From contig OZ024742.1 in NCBI GenBank assembly GCA_964016885.1, positions 143,592,001-143,656,000 on the forward strand: a stretch of DNA of 64,000 bases. Reading direction: 5' to 3'. This stretch comes from Eledone cirrhosa. Its lineage: Eukaryota. The notes under the pieces were generated by a model that ran no database searches, was not told where the DNA came from, and saw nothing but the letters and a program-made list of their open reading frames with translations. A program made the position numbers and the translations under genes. Position 1 is the first letter of the stretch; every line of letters begins with the position of its first letter. Below, one piece after another: positions 27,905 through 41,419 of the stretch.

Positions 27905-28438
27905 TAAATATAAGTATGTACACGTACATACATATATGTATACAGACGTACAGTAGTATGTATATATATATATATACATACATGCACACATATATATGTA
28001 CGTATGGATTCACCGAACATTTATTATAATGCTCGGTGTGTTTGTAAACAAACATCCCGTATTAAGCCGTAGTGTCTAGCAACCATCGTTGCTCGTTTGT
28101 TCAACACTGACAAAGGAACGCTGTACTAGTTTCAAGCTTATTAGCTATCGTCAGCAACGTATACCTTCCTGCCATATACGTTCCTGTTGAACGTATATAC
28201 TTATCTTATGCATATTAACGGCTGAGTAGCCCAATTTGCATATCGAGTGGGTTAATCGGCCGGGTGCACCGAAAACGATAAACGGAAAAAATGAAACGAA
28301 ATTTCCTTTCCCACTCTTAGTACGGCTGTTACTTAAATATAAGTATGTACACGTACATACATATATGTATACAGACGTACAGTAGTATGTATATATACAT
28401 ACATGCACACATATATATATGTACGTATGGATTCACCG
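27905..28438 (-). mobile_element. Hammerhead-bearing ~430-bp family, locus B (~1.25 monomers)
   Basis: AAATATAAGTATGTACACG at 27906 and 28335 (period 429); homologous to loci A, C and D. Confidence 0.88.
28118..28160 (-). ncRNA. Minimal type I hammerhead, intact core
   Basis: ACGTTG-CTGACGA-T-AGCT[AATA]AGCT-T-GAAAC-TA-GTA-CAGCGT. Confidence 0.85.
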
Positions 28439-28479
28439 TGTATATGTCAAAAATGTCTAGAGACGAAGATAAGGTAGAA

Positions 28480-29746
28480 ATCCTACGGCTAATATTGGGA
28501 ATAAGATTTTTTTAAATTATAGGGGGATGGCAAGACTCTTTGTGTATATATCTAAGATATTCGTTAGGTTTATGGTAAGGTTTAAAAGAGGCAGTAAGTA
28601 GATCAAGATTAATGTCAAGAAAGTTAGCATTGGAAAGGTTCGTATCTATAGTAATTTTAAGGTTTAAATTAGCAAAAGTATTTATTAATTCTTTACGGAA
28701 TTTATCAAGGTTATGGCCGTTGGTGGTATGAGAAACTGCCAATCCGTCGTCACGGTATAAATGATATTATGGGAAGGAAATTTCTCTCTAAGGGTGTGGG
28801 GAAGGAATAATCCTACTAAGTCACACACATCCGCACTGTCATATGAACCCATTGCAACATCAAAAGAGTTTTCAGGGTTTGACTTTTTAACCCAAATACT
28901 TTCATTAGTAAAGAGTAGAGTTTTCTTAGCATGAAAGATAATGTCTTCTTCTAATTTAGAAATATTAATGAAGGGTCTTGCAAAATCTAAGGCTTTAGTT
29001 AATAAGGAAACAGTAATAGAGGGGTAAAAATCAACAATATCAAATTGGGTAAATCTACACTTATTTTTACCTTGTATATTATTAAACCAAGAAATAACAG
29101 GATGTATTTAACCATTGTGATAAGTCAGTCTTAGTTCTAATTTGGAGAATTATTTTTCTTAAGATTTGTTTACTTGCAAGGCCAACTTCGGATTTAGCCG
29201 ATGGTCTTTAAGGGTAATATATTCTTTACGTTTAGCTAGGCTTTCAATCCGGTTGTCTATTTTTAAAGAACTAGCTAGTTCTTTAGCTTCTTTATTAATA
29301 TTATTGTAGGTGTTATTATTAGTTATTTGATATTTGTTGGTGATACTATTAGTTAAAAGTTGATTATACAAAATACTATTAACTTCAAAGAGATTTTTAG
29401 TTTTATCGGAGAGAACAAAAGTGTGTGTAGAATTTTTAAAATTAGAAATATCGTTAGAAAGTTTAGTTTGAAAATTATTATTGTACTTACGAAATTTGAT
29501 ATCACTAATTAAATTAACAAGGTCTAATTCGAAGTTGGCCATGTCTTTAATTCTAGGTGGGTATTTACGGGATTTTATGTCAAAACAATCATTTGTATCA
29601 GCACTGAATAGTCCATCGTAAACCATTGCCTTCCATCTCATTCTTTTAACGACTTGTTCGATTTTATCTATAAGCATTTTGGTATAAGTTGTGTTGGAAG
29701 GAGTAGGTATATTTTTGATTGAATAATCCAATTCATAAAGGTCCAT
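28480..29746 (-). pseudogene. Penelope-like element ORF (probably Naiad-type): N-terminus plus RT, frameshifted, 3'-truncated before GIY-YIG
   Basis: YSIKNIP...KRMRWKA, SDKTKN (DKT variant of DKG), FDIVDFYPSI, FDVAMGSYDSADVCDLVG, LYRDDGLA, NFLDINLDL...PYHKPN...YIHKESCHP. Confidence 0.9.
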
Positions 29747-30375
29747 GGTGTATGTTGGTTAAATTCCTGAAAACTAATCGGGCTGGAAAGTGCAAATCAT
29801 ATATGTAATATAGAATATGCTTCAATCAATCCCGGTTAGAGCTGTATAAATGAAGTAATTCCGTCGGAAAGGTCCAGGAAAAAAGAGTGCTCTATGTAGG
29901 TTACAGAGCTTAATAGTTATGTAATAAACAACATAAGATAATTATTTCATTTACCAGTGGTTTCTTGAAAGCAAACAATATATATATATAAATATAAACG
30001 CAATAATAATATAGTACGTAGGCCAGATTTCTATAACTTCATTTATTACGCAATTCCTCATATAGCGCGTCTCCCTTGCCGTCCTCCGTGGAAACGCCTT
30101 CTCTATTCTGTCCGCCGGGGCTGTGGGGAGGCCACCAATATGATTGAATGACTTATCATTTTATCAGTCAACACAGAAATTCTTGCCCACTTTCAGCACA
30201 TGTATTGTGTTTGTTTGATATTTATACACATTTTTGTAGTGCCGTTCTTACGTCATGATGCTATAACGCAATTTCTGACACGACGTCTTCAGACAACCTC
30301 ATAGGTCTTACATTGCTAGTGCGACAGACTTGCTTTCGGTATTCTTATTTCAAAGGTCTGTATTCCTACACACAC

Positions 30376-30700
<325 letters not shown>

Positions 30701-31117
30701 TTGAGAACATAAGAAAGTGAGTTAAACACGTTATCATAAGAAAATGAGAATGATATGATAACATTCTACCGGATTCATTTGTAATTAAGACATTCGTGGG
30801 AAAGAGGAAAACCGCTTTGCTACTCTAGAAATTGAATTTTCACAATTCCGTGGTAGAACTTCTTCATGTATTCTGTAATAGAGGAAGTTGTTTAACATTC
30901 TTCATTTTTATTGGCTGCCTTCGTGAAGGAGTGAGAAGGTCTTTATTATTAGTTGTACAAATAGCAGCAGCAGCAGTAGAAGTAGTATTAGTAGCAGTAG
31001 TAATAGTAGTGATGGTGGTGGTGTTGATTATGGTGGTGGTGGTGGTAGTAGTAGTAATAGTAGTAGTAGCAGTGATGATGATGGTGGTGGTGTTGTTATT
31101 ATTATTATTATTGTTGT

Positions 31118-32692
31118 TCTTTGAGTCTCAGTCATTGATGTTAGTTAACTGGATAGTTTGTTGAAATGAATATCAAGCCACTACCTGCAGCCTCAGATAT
31201 TTAGGACGTATCGGAGGGTTCTTGATGTTCCCAGCAAGCATGCCTTTTGAAGCGTTCCAAAAAGCGTGGCGGGGCCAATTTTCTTTAACCATCCCTGGAA
31301 ACTTTTTGAGATAGTACCTAGTGCGCCTATGACAATCGGGACCACTTTGACTTCATGGCAGTTCCAAATCCTTTTTACCTCCCACTTTAAGTCCTGGTAT
31401 CGGTTAATTTTCTGCCTCTCCTTCTCTTGCACTCTTGTGTCGAATGGGCAGGCCACATCCACAATCAGGCACGATATTTTTTCCTTGTTCAAAACCACCA
31501 GGTCAGGTCTATTGTGTTCCAGTTTCTTGTCCATCTGTATCCTAAAATCCCACAGCACCTTCACCTGATCGTTTTCTATCACCGACTCTGGCTTATGTTC
31601 ATACCACTTCTCAGAATGTGGTAAATTGTTTACTTTGCATAGGTGCCAGTGGATCACCCTGCCCATCACATCATGTCTCCAGCCCTTATAGTGGGTCTGG
31701 GCTAGGTGTTTACACTCGGATACAATGTGAACCACAGTCTCCTCTCACTCTCCACAGATCCTGCACAGTGGGCTAGCCTCCTCCTTGTAAATATGGTGTT
31801 TCAACCACTTCGTTTTGAGGGCCTGCTCTTGCGCAGCCATTAGCATTACTTCTGTAGCCTTTTTAAGGTCTCCTCATTTCAACCAGTTCCATGTCTGTGG
31901 ATCTCTGAATTCAGTTTTCTCAAAGAAGGTACTATGGAGGGATTTTTCATGAAGGCTGCTCTTTCTCCTTGTTGTTATTTCCTCCTTGGACATCCCCTGG
32001 TCTATTGTCCTCTCCTTCAGTACAATTCTGAGCATTGGCTCCTTACTATCAGTCACGTATTTGTGTAGGTTGTTTTTCTCCATCTGAACACAGTCCTCTA
32101 TGCTGATAAGACTTCTTCCACCTTCAGATCTCCTTAAGTAGAGTCTATCGACATCACTCCTCTTGTGGAACATGTTGTAGATAGTCAATAGCTTCCTAGT
32201 CTTCCTATCCATTTCTTTTTGTTCAGTAACATTCCATCTCAGAATTCCCGCACTGTACTTAATAATAGATACAGCTCGGGAATTTACTGCACTTATGGCA
32301 TTCCTACTGTTCAGATGTGACTTTAATACGCTCCTTACTCTCCGAATGTATTCAGATCTTATCAATTCCTTCATTTGTTTTGTTCTTGATGTCATCAGCC
32401 TCCAGAACACCCAAATACTTGTATCCTTCTTCAGTGTCAATTTCCTTTATCAGCTCACCTGTTGGTACCTGGATTCTGTTGCTTCTGCTCAATTTACCCC
32501 TATTCATCACAAGGACTCCACACTTACTAATACCAAATTGCATGCATATATCACTGCTGAAAATACGGACAGTGTCAACAAGCACATCCAACTCCTTCTC
32601 ACTCTTCCCGAAGAACTTAAGATCGTCCATGAAGGGGAGGTGATTGATGGTAAGCTCTCCCTTTCCCAACTTGGATCCTGCTCTCACCTTTC
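31118..32692 (-). mobile_element. 5'-truncated R4/Dong-clade non-LTR retrotransposon (RT end, CCHC finger, restriction-like endonuclease)
   Basis: INHLPFMDDLK, YKYLG, CRIC...ETVVHIVSEC, RHD, LWDF, NRPDLV, IVDVACPFD, KINRYQDL, PIVIGALG; frameshift and stops; (TAA)n at both ends. Confidence 0.92.
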
Positions 32693-32926
32693 GTTATTAT
32701 TATTATTATTGAATGCCATGGTTGACGGAGGCTCGGCTCTGTAAGGTATTGTAAATTTTGACCGCTATTACAATTGTAAATTGATTAAAACTTTAACCAA
32801 ATTATAGACAAAAACACCCTCCTCCTCGTGAGAGGGGTCTTTCTGCCCGTTATTTGGCCCTTCGGGGTTAAATATCCGCTTGTTGGGGTTTTGTGCCCAA
32901 TATTTGTTTTAAACAACAAAAAAAAC

Positions 32927-34932
32927 ATGGCCACGAAAAAGAATTTTCATAGGTCACTCCCACTCATTCCGTCTTCTTCTTCCTCAATCATCACTACAGC
33001 AGAGAGAAGATTGCCTCTCTCCCTCCCTTCACTAAATGTGTCTCTCTCCCTCCCTTCTCTTTCGCAAGCGACGCCAGTCAAGAAAAATCACGTGAAAATC
33101 ATGGAACATTTCTCCACGACGACGACAATGACGAAAAAGGTGTGCGGTAAATACGAAAACCCATTTCATTCGTCTGGCGTCATGAATAATATCAGTAGCA
33201 GTAATAGTGACAAGGAAAACACCAGTAGCAGCCGAAACAGCATCAGCAGCAGCATAAACAACAACAGCATTAGCAGCAACAGCAACAACAACAACAGCAG
33301 CAGCAGCAACAACAACAACAACCACAGCAACAGCGGCGGCGGCAGTAGTCGCAGTACCTGCAGCAACAACAAAAGTAACAGCAGCTCTGACGACAACAAC
33401 AACAACAACAACAGCAGCAAAGAAAAACCAATCTCGTTTGCAGGTATCGCAAAGAACCTGGAAACCATCCTCATAACAAATGAGGAATTACAGGAAGCGA
33501 AGAAGATGGTGACAAAAAGTGGACACCGAGCAATCTGCAAGGCAGCCGAAAAATTTTTCGAAACCCAACAGCACTGTACGGTCACATACCGTACAGTAAG
33601 CACAAAAGGAGGCAAAGGCTCAATCCGTAGTGACCCTAAGGAGCGAGGAAATGGTGTTGGTGCCCTCCTACTGCGGGCAAAAAATTGTACGGTCAAACTA
33701 ACCCACGTCCCCCCCCCCCCCCGGGATGGCCCCTTCTTGGCTGGGCGCGTCTATCCTCGTCGGAATCGAGGACAAAACAACTGTACTGCAAGTACAGAAA
33801 AAAGTAAGAGAAGATTGGGTCGGCACCTCCATTGAGATATTAATCCAAACCAACCAGGAGTGCATCGAAGCTATCCCGGATGTGATAGACTTCGATAACG
33901 GCACTCAACTGGCCATAAGTGTTGAGGGCAAACGCCCGAAATGCTTTCGCTGTGGATCGAAGACTCACCTCAGGGCCTTCTGCAACGAGAAGACCCTGAG
34001 AAAGGAGAACCCCCCCCCCTCCTTCCGAAACCGGCTACACGGCTACCAGCAACAGGACAAGCGGCAACCAGGAACGATAGGTCCGTGGCACCCATACCCA
34101 CGCCACGGAAATCAAGAACAGCAGCAGCAGTGGAAGTATTAACAACAACAACAGTAATACCAAATGCAGCTGCAACAGAGACTCCACTGCAAACATCACC
34201 AACAACAACAAGTGAAAGAGTGGAGCTGGTACCCCTCCTCGACCTCACAGAATCAGACATGGAGTGTGAGGTGGGAGAGGGATGGCAAAAGGTCGTAAGA
34301 AGGCACAAACGCAGAAGCAGCACATCGTCGCCTTCGAAAAGGGAGGAAAGAAATGAAAAAAGGGTAAAGGCTACTGCAAAGAGACTCACAGCAGCAACAC
34401 CACCAACACCATCACCACCCACACTAGCACCACCATCACCACCGCCGACAACCCCACCGCCAACAACAACAACAACACCTTCAACACCACCACCGCAAGC
34501 ACCAACATCGCAAACACAACAACAAAACACACACACCCAGCAACAACGACAAGAAAATAGCAGAACCACACCCACACCCAGAAAAACAAATGCACAGCAA
34601 TAAATACACACAACAAGAAACTAATGACTTACATAATTGAACACACAGACATTTCACAGCACGACTACATAATACCAGCACCAATCAAAACGCCAACGAA
34701 CATAAGACTGGTAAAAATAGCACAGAAACAATACACAAACATTAAAACGAAATTCCCCAACGCAGTTGGTGATTTCAGAGACCTAGGAGGGACTCTCAAC
34801 CGGAGAGTATATTCGGACATACTCATAGAAGAGCCGACGACCAGCCGAAGGGACGATTCAACGGTCCCTTCACCAGACGATCAAGTGAAAAGGGATGGAG
34901 AAACCATCCTTCCTCTACGAAAAGTACGGTAA
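32927..34932 (+). pseudogene. Tx1 ORF1 (gag-like nucleic-acid-binding protein), frameshifted
   Basis: ATG at 32927; Ser/Asn low-complexity stretch; CFRCGSKTHLRAFC (CX2CX4HX4C); GWQKVVRR basic motif; frame breaks near poly-C runs ~33709-33722 and ~34010-34019 and near 34600. Confidence 0.8.
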
Positions 34933-34967
34933 GTGGTCTTTCCCATCTGTTCCACTCCATTTTAAAC

Positions 34968-37900
34968 ATGACCTCACTCAGAATAGGCAGCATAAATGCG
35001 TGTGGCTTGGGGTCGTCATGGAAGCAGGGTCACCTGCTCAACGACCTCAGGTCACTAAACATAGATGTAGTGGCCATCAGCGAGACCAGAATCCCCGAAG
35101 CACGGGCCTTCGCACCGATCTTCGGCGGCTACGATGTCTACGCATCTCCCAGCCGTCCTGGATCGGGGAGAGGAGTTGCTGTGCATTTTCGGAGAGGTTT
35201 GGATCTCGCCATACAGGCCATCTTCCTGGACCCAGAGGGTAAGTTGGTGGTGCTGGACGTGACCGGCGGAGACGGGCAAGCTTTCAGGCTAGTGGCCGTC
35301 TATGCCTCGACAGGAGCAGGGCGGCCTGATTTCTTCCAGCGTCTGGAGACCTTTCTTGGAACGTCCCGCTCTTTAGTGTTAGTGGGCGAATGGAACGGGA
35401 TCTTAGATGCACGATGGGACTGTGTGGGATTAGCGGATAGGGGTGGAGGGTGCAAGAGCCTCACCAACCTGCTCAGGCGTTTTGAACTGTCTGACAGGTA
35501 GCGATTGGATTTCCCGAATGTGCCAATGTGGACTTGGACAAATCGCATAGGGTCATCCAGATCAGATCTAGATAGAGTATTTTGTAGGGAAATAGATAGG
35601 TCTAGCACAGGCTGTCCACAATTCAAGATAGTCAGCTACACGGACCACAAATTCGTGATCTCTGTGCTTGACTTAGATAGGCTTCATAGACGAGGACCCG
35701 GCTACTGGAAGCTAAACGCGTCCTTACCAGCGCGCAAGGCCTACAGAGACCGGATTAGCGAACTAGTTAAGAGGGCGTTGACGGGGGCCATCGTCAACAA
35801 CAAGTGGTGGTTTGCTCTGAAAAGAGCGATTAGAATAGAATCCATTAGGTTTAGTAAGGCTTTAGCAATAGAGAAAAATAGAGCAGAGGGAGAACTAGTT
35901 AGAAAATTAGACGAGGCGCTTAGCAAAGGCATCGCGACCGACGCGCTTGCGGCGAAATTGGCCCTTGACCAATTCTTCAATGCAAAGCACGAAGGCTGCG
36001 TTGTCAGAGCTAGGGTGCGTGCTCTCAGACACGAGGGGACGAAAGCCGTTCAATGGGCCCGAGTGGCGGAGGCGTGTCGTGGCAACAAAGCCACGATCCG
36101 GTCTTTGGTGGACCACGACGGGTGCATGCAACTCGATCCCGGGCAAACGTGTGAAACTTTTCATCGACTCTTCGCTCAGCTGTTCGGGGGCAGCGGTGGG
36201 CCGGGTTGAGGGATGGACTTTAGTGTCTACCTCGACGGTCTGCCGCGGCTCTCGGCCACTGAGTCGGAGTGTTGCGAAAAGCCGATAACAGCCGCTGGAG
36301 TACGGGAGGCAATGACTGGCTGCACAAGGGGTAAATTGCCTGGTTTGGATGGTATGCCCTATGAACTTTACGTACAGATGCCAGACTTGTTCGGAGGCCT
36401 TTTGGCGGACGTCTACTGCAACTGGCAACAGAACGGGAGAATTCCCTGCTCTGTGAGCCGAGGAGCGGTGGCACTGCTGAGAAAGGATCCGAACAAGGGG
36501 GATAACATTAATAATTTCAGGCCCATAACTCTGCTAATCACAGAGTTCAAGATTTCGGCCAAGGTGCAAGCAAAGAGGTTGGCGCTTGTCGTTGGTGGTC
36601 TGGTGGGAGAGGCGCAGACATGCGCCATTCCCGACAGATCCATCCACGACAACCTCCACCTCATGTGATACATCGTAGAGAGGGTAGCTAGGGAACCTGG
36701 CACGGGTGGGTCCTTGATCAATTTAGATCAGTCGAAAGCTTTCGATAGGGTCGACCATCGTTACCTAGCGGCAGTCCTGAGGGCGGCTGGTTTTGGGCCC
36801 GTCATCAGAGGCTGGATAGATGCCATGCACAGCGACATCTGCTCTGTGGTGAGAGTGAACGGTCACCTTTCGGAACCGTTCAACATCATGCGCTCGATCC
36901 GCCAAGGATGTCCCCTCTCGTCCCTCTTGTACGTATTGACTCTCGAGCCATTACTGCACAAACTGGAGACGTTGAGGGGGGTCCCGCACGAACTAGGATG
37001 CGGAAGATCCGTGTCAGCATATGCGGACGATGTCACCGTAGTGGTGTCGAACGCCAAACACATCGAGGCGATCGGCACTACACTAAGAGAATACGAAGCG
37101 GTGACAGGAGCAATGATCAACCAGGAAAAGTCAGTGGGCCTGCAGCTCGGCACCTGGAGAGGCAGGTCCATTCCCTCCAACAGCGTCGTCGGACGCTAGA
37201 CAGACGGACCGGTTAAATTGCTAGGGGTCTGGTTCGGTCCGGACCTCCAGACGGACAAAATCTGGGACGAGGTGACGAGCAGGGTGGCTTCTCTCACCCA
37301 GAAATGGGCGGAGAGGAAGCTATCCTTGAAAGGTCGAGCGGTGGTGGCTAACGCGTACATCGCGTCTGTCATCTGTTACCGCCTGACCGTCGTACCTTGT
37401 CCTAAGCCCCGCCTGACTGCGCTGGAGCGTTTGCTCTTTCGCTTTTTGTGGAAGGGATGCGCTCCGATGGTCAGGCGGTCCATCTGCTGTCAACACCCGC
37501 TACGTGGAGGGCTGGGCATGCCGTGGCTGATGATGCGCAGACACGCGCTCAGGCTACGAAATCTCCACCTCTTCCTCGACGGTGATCAGGTGAGGTCGCC
37601 GTTTGCTAGACACGTATTTACCCAGCTCGTTTCCTTGACGGAGCTGCAGTCCTGGGTCAAGCGAAGACCGAGAGGGAGCGCCTGGAGACTGGAATGTTTT
37701 CAGGCGCTCACAGCCCTCGACCAATCGGGCAATGTGATCGGTGGAAACTCGACCTCGGCGTTCTATAAAGGATTAGTGGAGGGGAAGAGCGACGACGTAC
37801 TTGGGGAAACTCTAGCCGTCGACGAAAATCAACTAGCCAATCTCTTCGGAAGAACTTTCGGGCCGGGACCTATGGACAACTTCCAGAAATCTCTGGCCTG

Positions 37901-38387
37901 GCAGTGCTACCGAGGAGCTTTGCCAGTTCGGGATAAACTCTACAGGCATGGAGGTGCCGTTAGCCGGGCATGTCCGAGATGCGCGCAGGGTGACGAAACC
38001 GTCCTGCACGCACTCGTCCAGTGTCCGAAAATTGCTGACTTGTGGGTTTATGTCGAACACCTGCTGTCGCGTGTAGGACGGATCCGGCTATCATCTGAGT
38101 CCATCGTGAGGATTTCCCCGCCCTCTTCCTTTAGCCGGGAAGGGCAGGCAGTTTTTATCTGCCTGGTGGCCATGGCGAAAGAGATAGTATGGTGGACACG
38201 TTTGAAAGGGCTGAAGACGAGCACTTACCTCTTCGGTGATGCCCTGATTGACTTTTTCAAATTTCATTTGAAAAGGAAAATCAGAGTAGAGAGGGAAGTG
38301 CTCTCTTCCCAGCATTTTGTTGAAAGATGGGTGAGAGAAGCAAGAATGGCCCGAGTGAATGGGCCTACTCTGAGTACGTATCTGTAA
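34968..38387 (+). pseudogene. Tx1 ORF2 (AP endonuclease, reverse transcriptase, C-terminal zinc finger): one frame, four premature stops
   Basis: GSINACGL, VAISET, SDLDRVF, YTDHK; PGLDG, NFRPITLL, LDQSKAFDRVDH, RQGCPLS, AYADD; CPRC...ETVLHALVQC. Stops at 35499, 36207, 36666, 37197. Confidence 0.95.
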
Positions 38388-38670
38388 ATTAAAGGTGGAA
38401 AACTGGGAGAGGGCACTTGCCTTAGTGGTCAGGATCAGTGTGGCCTTTTACTGGGCTTTCTCCACAAATGTCCCTCCGAAGTCTCCCCCCTATTGGGGAA
38501 TTTTTCATTGTTATTTTTTGTTACATCCTATGTTTTTGTTTTTTACACGCAGAAATGCCCATTTGTACCGTCCTGTATTGTCCTGCACTGTCCTTAATGT
38601 CTACTTTATGTAAACCCTTGTGGTTAATAAAGAAAACATTATTATTATTATTATCATTATTATTATTATT

Positions 38671-38874
38671 ATCTGAGTTCAAATCCCGGTGGATTGGCAG
38701 TATCGGTAGAGGGTCGGACGCCATGCTTTCCAGCATAGTTACGTCCCTTTACGATCTGAGTTCAAATCCCGCCGAGGTTGACTTTGCATTTCATCCTTAC
38801 GGGGTCGATAAAATAAAGTACCAGTAATGCACTGGGTAATTGCTGGCCTTGTGCCTAAAGTAGAAACAATTATT
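38671..38874 (+). mobile_element. Young SINE (major family) directly after the Tx1 tail
   Basis: Nearly identical to 15711-15893; preceded by a short B-box fragment ATCTGAGTTCAAATCCCG. Confidence 0.92.
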
Positions 38875-39180
38875 AGTAGTAGTAGCACCACTAGTAGTAG
38901 TAGTAGTAGACACATGTGCTAGCATAAAACAACCAAACTTTAAAACCTTCCTACTAGGAGTAGACCAATGTTCTGATGGAACATTTGAACAACAACAAAT
39001 CAATAAAGAATCTATGTTCATAGTAAAATATCGACCACTTCTATATACTACTATTACTGCTCTTTCTATGTATATATTTTATGTAGAGAGTTCCCCATAG
39101 TCCTTTTCGCCACGACACAATCACCGTACAATTTCTTTTCCCTGTCCTCTATACACAAAGAGGTAAAAGTAATAACAACA

Positions 39181-39256
<76 letters not shown>

Positions 39257-39272
39257 TTATATATATATATAA

Positions 39273-39318
<46 letters not shown>

Positions 39319-39394
39319 TTTTGTTATTACTTTTACCTCTTTGTGTATAGAGGACAGGGAAAAGAAATTGTACGGTGATTGTGTCAACAAATGG

Positions 39395-39579
<185 letters not shown>

Positions 39580-39689
39580 GAGATAGGGGAAAGAAATTAT
39601 GCGCTGATTCTGTATATATATATATGTAGGTAAAAGTAATAACAAAAGTAACAAAACGAACGGCACAGTACATGGAAGAAACATATTGG

Positions 39690-40030
39690 TTTAACGCTTG
39701 CTTTAGCAGGAAGAGAGACTCAATGTTTCGGACACTATTCCTTTATCAGAAGATAGTTAGAAATAGAAGATAAATAGAATGTATAGAGTAATGAGAAGAT
39801 GGAACGGGGAAAATGAGAACAACAATTGGGGAGAAAAAGATACACGTGCGTATTCAGTCGACTGGATTATCTTAAATTGCTTCAAAAGACTTGGATCAAT
39901 ACAGGCTACAAAAAGTCTGTCCTTTGCATGCTTCATATTATTTGAACATCCCTAAAGGAAGCTTCGGTCTTGATATTGCGAGGATAGTCACATTTTCTCC
40001 ACATACCATATTCAGCCCACAAGATTCTAT
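39690..40030 (-). mobile_element. Possible decayed Penelope 3' end with degenerate hammerhead
   Basis: Minus strand CTGATAA-A-GGA[ATAGTG]TCC-GAAAC...GTC at ~39715-39750; core mutated and stem I not evident. Confidence 0.3.
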
Positions 40031-40149
40031 TTCTATTTGTATATATGCATTCATATATGCACACACATACCTACCCACGCGCATATGTGTGTGTGTGTGT
40101 GCGCGCGCATGTGTATGTGTGTGTTTGTGTGTGTGGTGTGTGTGTGTGT

Positions 40150-40296
<147 letters not shown>

Positions 40297-40427
40297 GGCT
40301 TGTGTGTGTGTTTGTGTCAACAAACATGAAGTGTATCCAATACATAAAAATAAAAACCATAATAGAAAACAGTAACTGAAAATTGAAATTTTAATTGTTC
40401 TCATAGACGCATTCATTTATTTATTAA

Positions 40428-40775
40428 TCCCGCCGAGGTTAACTTAGTTTCATCCTTACGGGATCGATAAAATAATGAACCAGTAAAGCACTGGAGTAAT
40501 TGCTGGCCTTGTGCCAAAAATAGAAACAATTATTATTTTTACTGTATATAGGGCGGTGGATTAGCAGTGTCGTTAGAGCGTCGGACTACATGCTTTATGG
40601 CATAGTGTTATGGCCCTTTACGACCTGAGTTCAAATCATGCCGAGGTTAACTTTACCTTTCATCCTTATGGGGGTCGATAAAATAAAGTACCAGTAGCAC
40701 ACTGGGGTCGATTTAATCGACTTTCCCCTCCCCTTCAAATTGCTGGCCTTGTGCGTTTATCAGAAACCATTATTT
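40428..40775 (+). mobile_element. Two tandem SINE copies (one 5'-truncated)
   Basis: Core and tail motifs twice; ATTATTTTTACTGTA repeated after each. Confidence 0.85.
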
Positions 40776-41041
40776 TTACTGTACGTATTTTAATCTAATA
40801 CTTAGTTTTGTCGATCTCAATGTGTTCAATGAAGTTTTATGGCATAAAGGAACACAACATAAACATCACCTGTTACATATGTTATCGTGTGTGTGTGTAT
40901 GTGTATGTGTGTGTGTGCGCGTGTTTGTAGTTAAAACGTTTGCTTGCAATCGCATGGTTTGGGTTTCAGGCCGACTGCGTGACACCTTTGGTTAGTAATC
41001 AATGTCTTGTGAATTAAAATTGGTTGACGGAAACCCGTCGT

Positions 41042-41331
<290 letters not shown>

Positions 41332-41419
41332 CTACCTAACTAGTCCCATGGACTGAGTGCTCTACCACTACGGATATTACCTTCCTGTGTTCTACCACTA
41401 TATATATATATATGTGTGT

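Larger units (their letters stand above)
32711..38640 (+). mobile_element. Near full-length Tx1/L1-clade LINE flanked by (TTA)n
   Basis: 5' UTR, ORF1 with zinc knuckle, ORF2 APE-RT-zinc finger, 3' UTR with AATAAA at ~38626, then (TTA)n; visibly GC-richer than the flanks. Confidence 0.93.

Noticed and set aside
33032-34684. Antisense poly-L/V/C ORFs over Tx1 ORF1
   Set aside because: Shadows of CAG/CAA/ACC trinucleotide-rich sense sequence.
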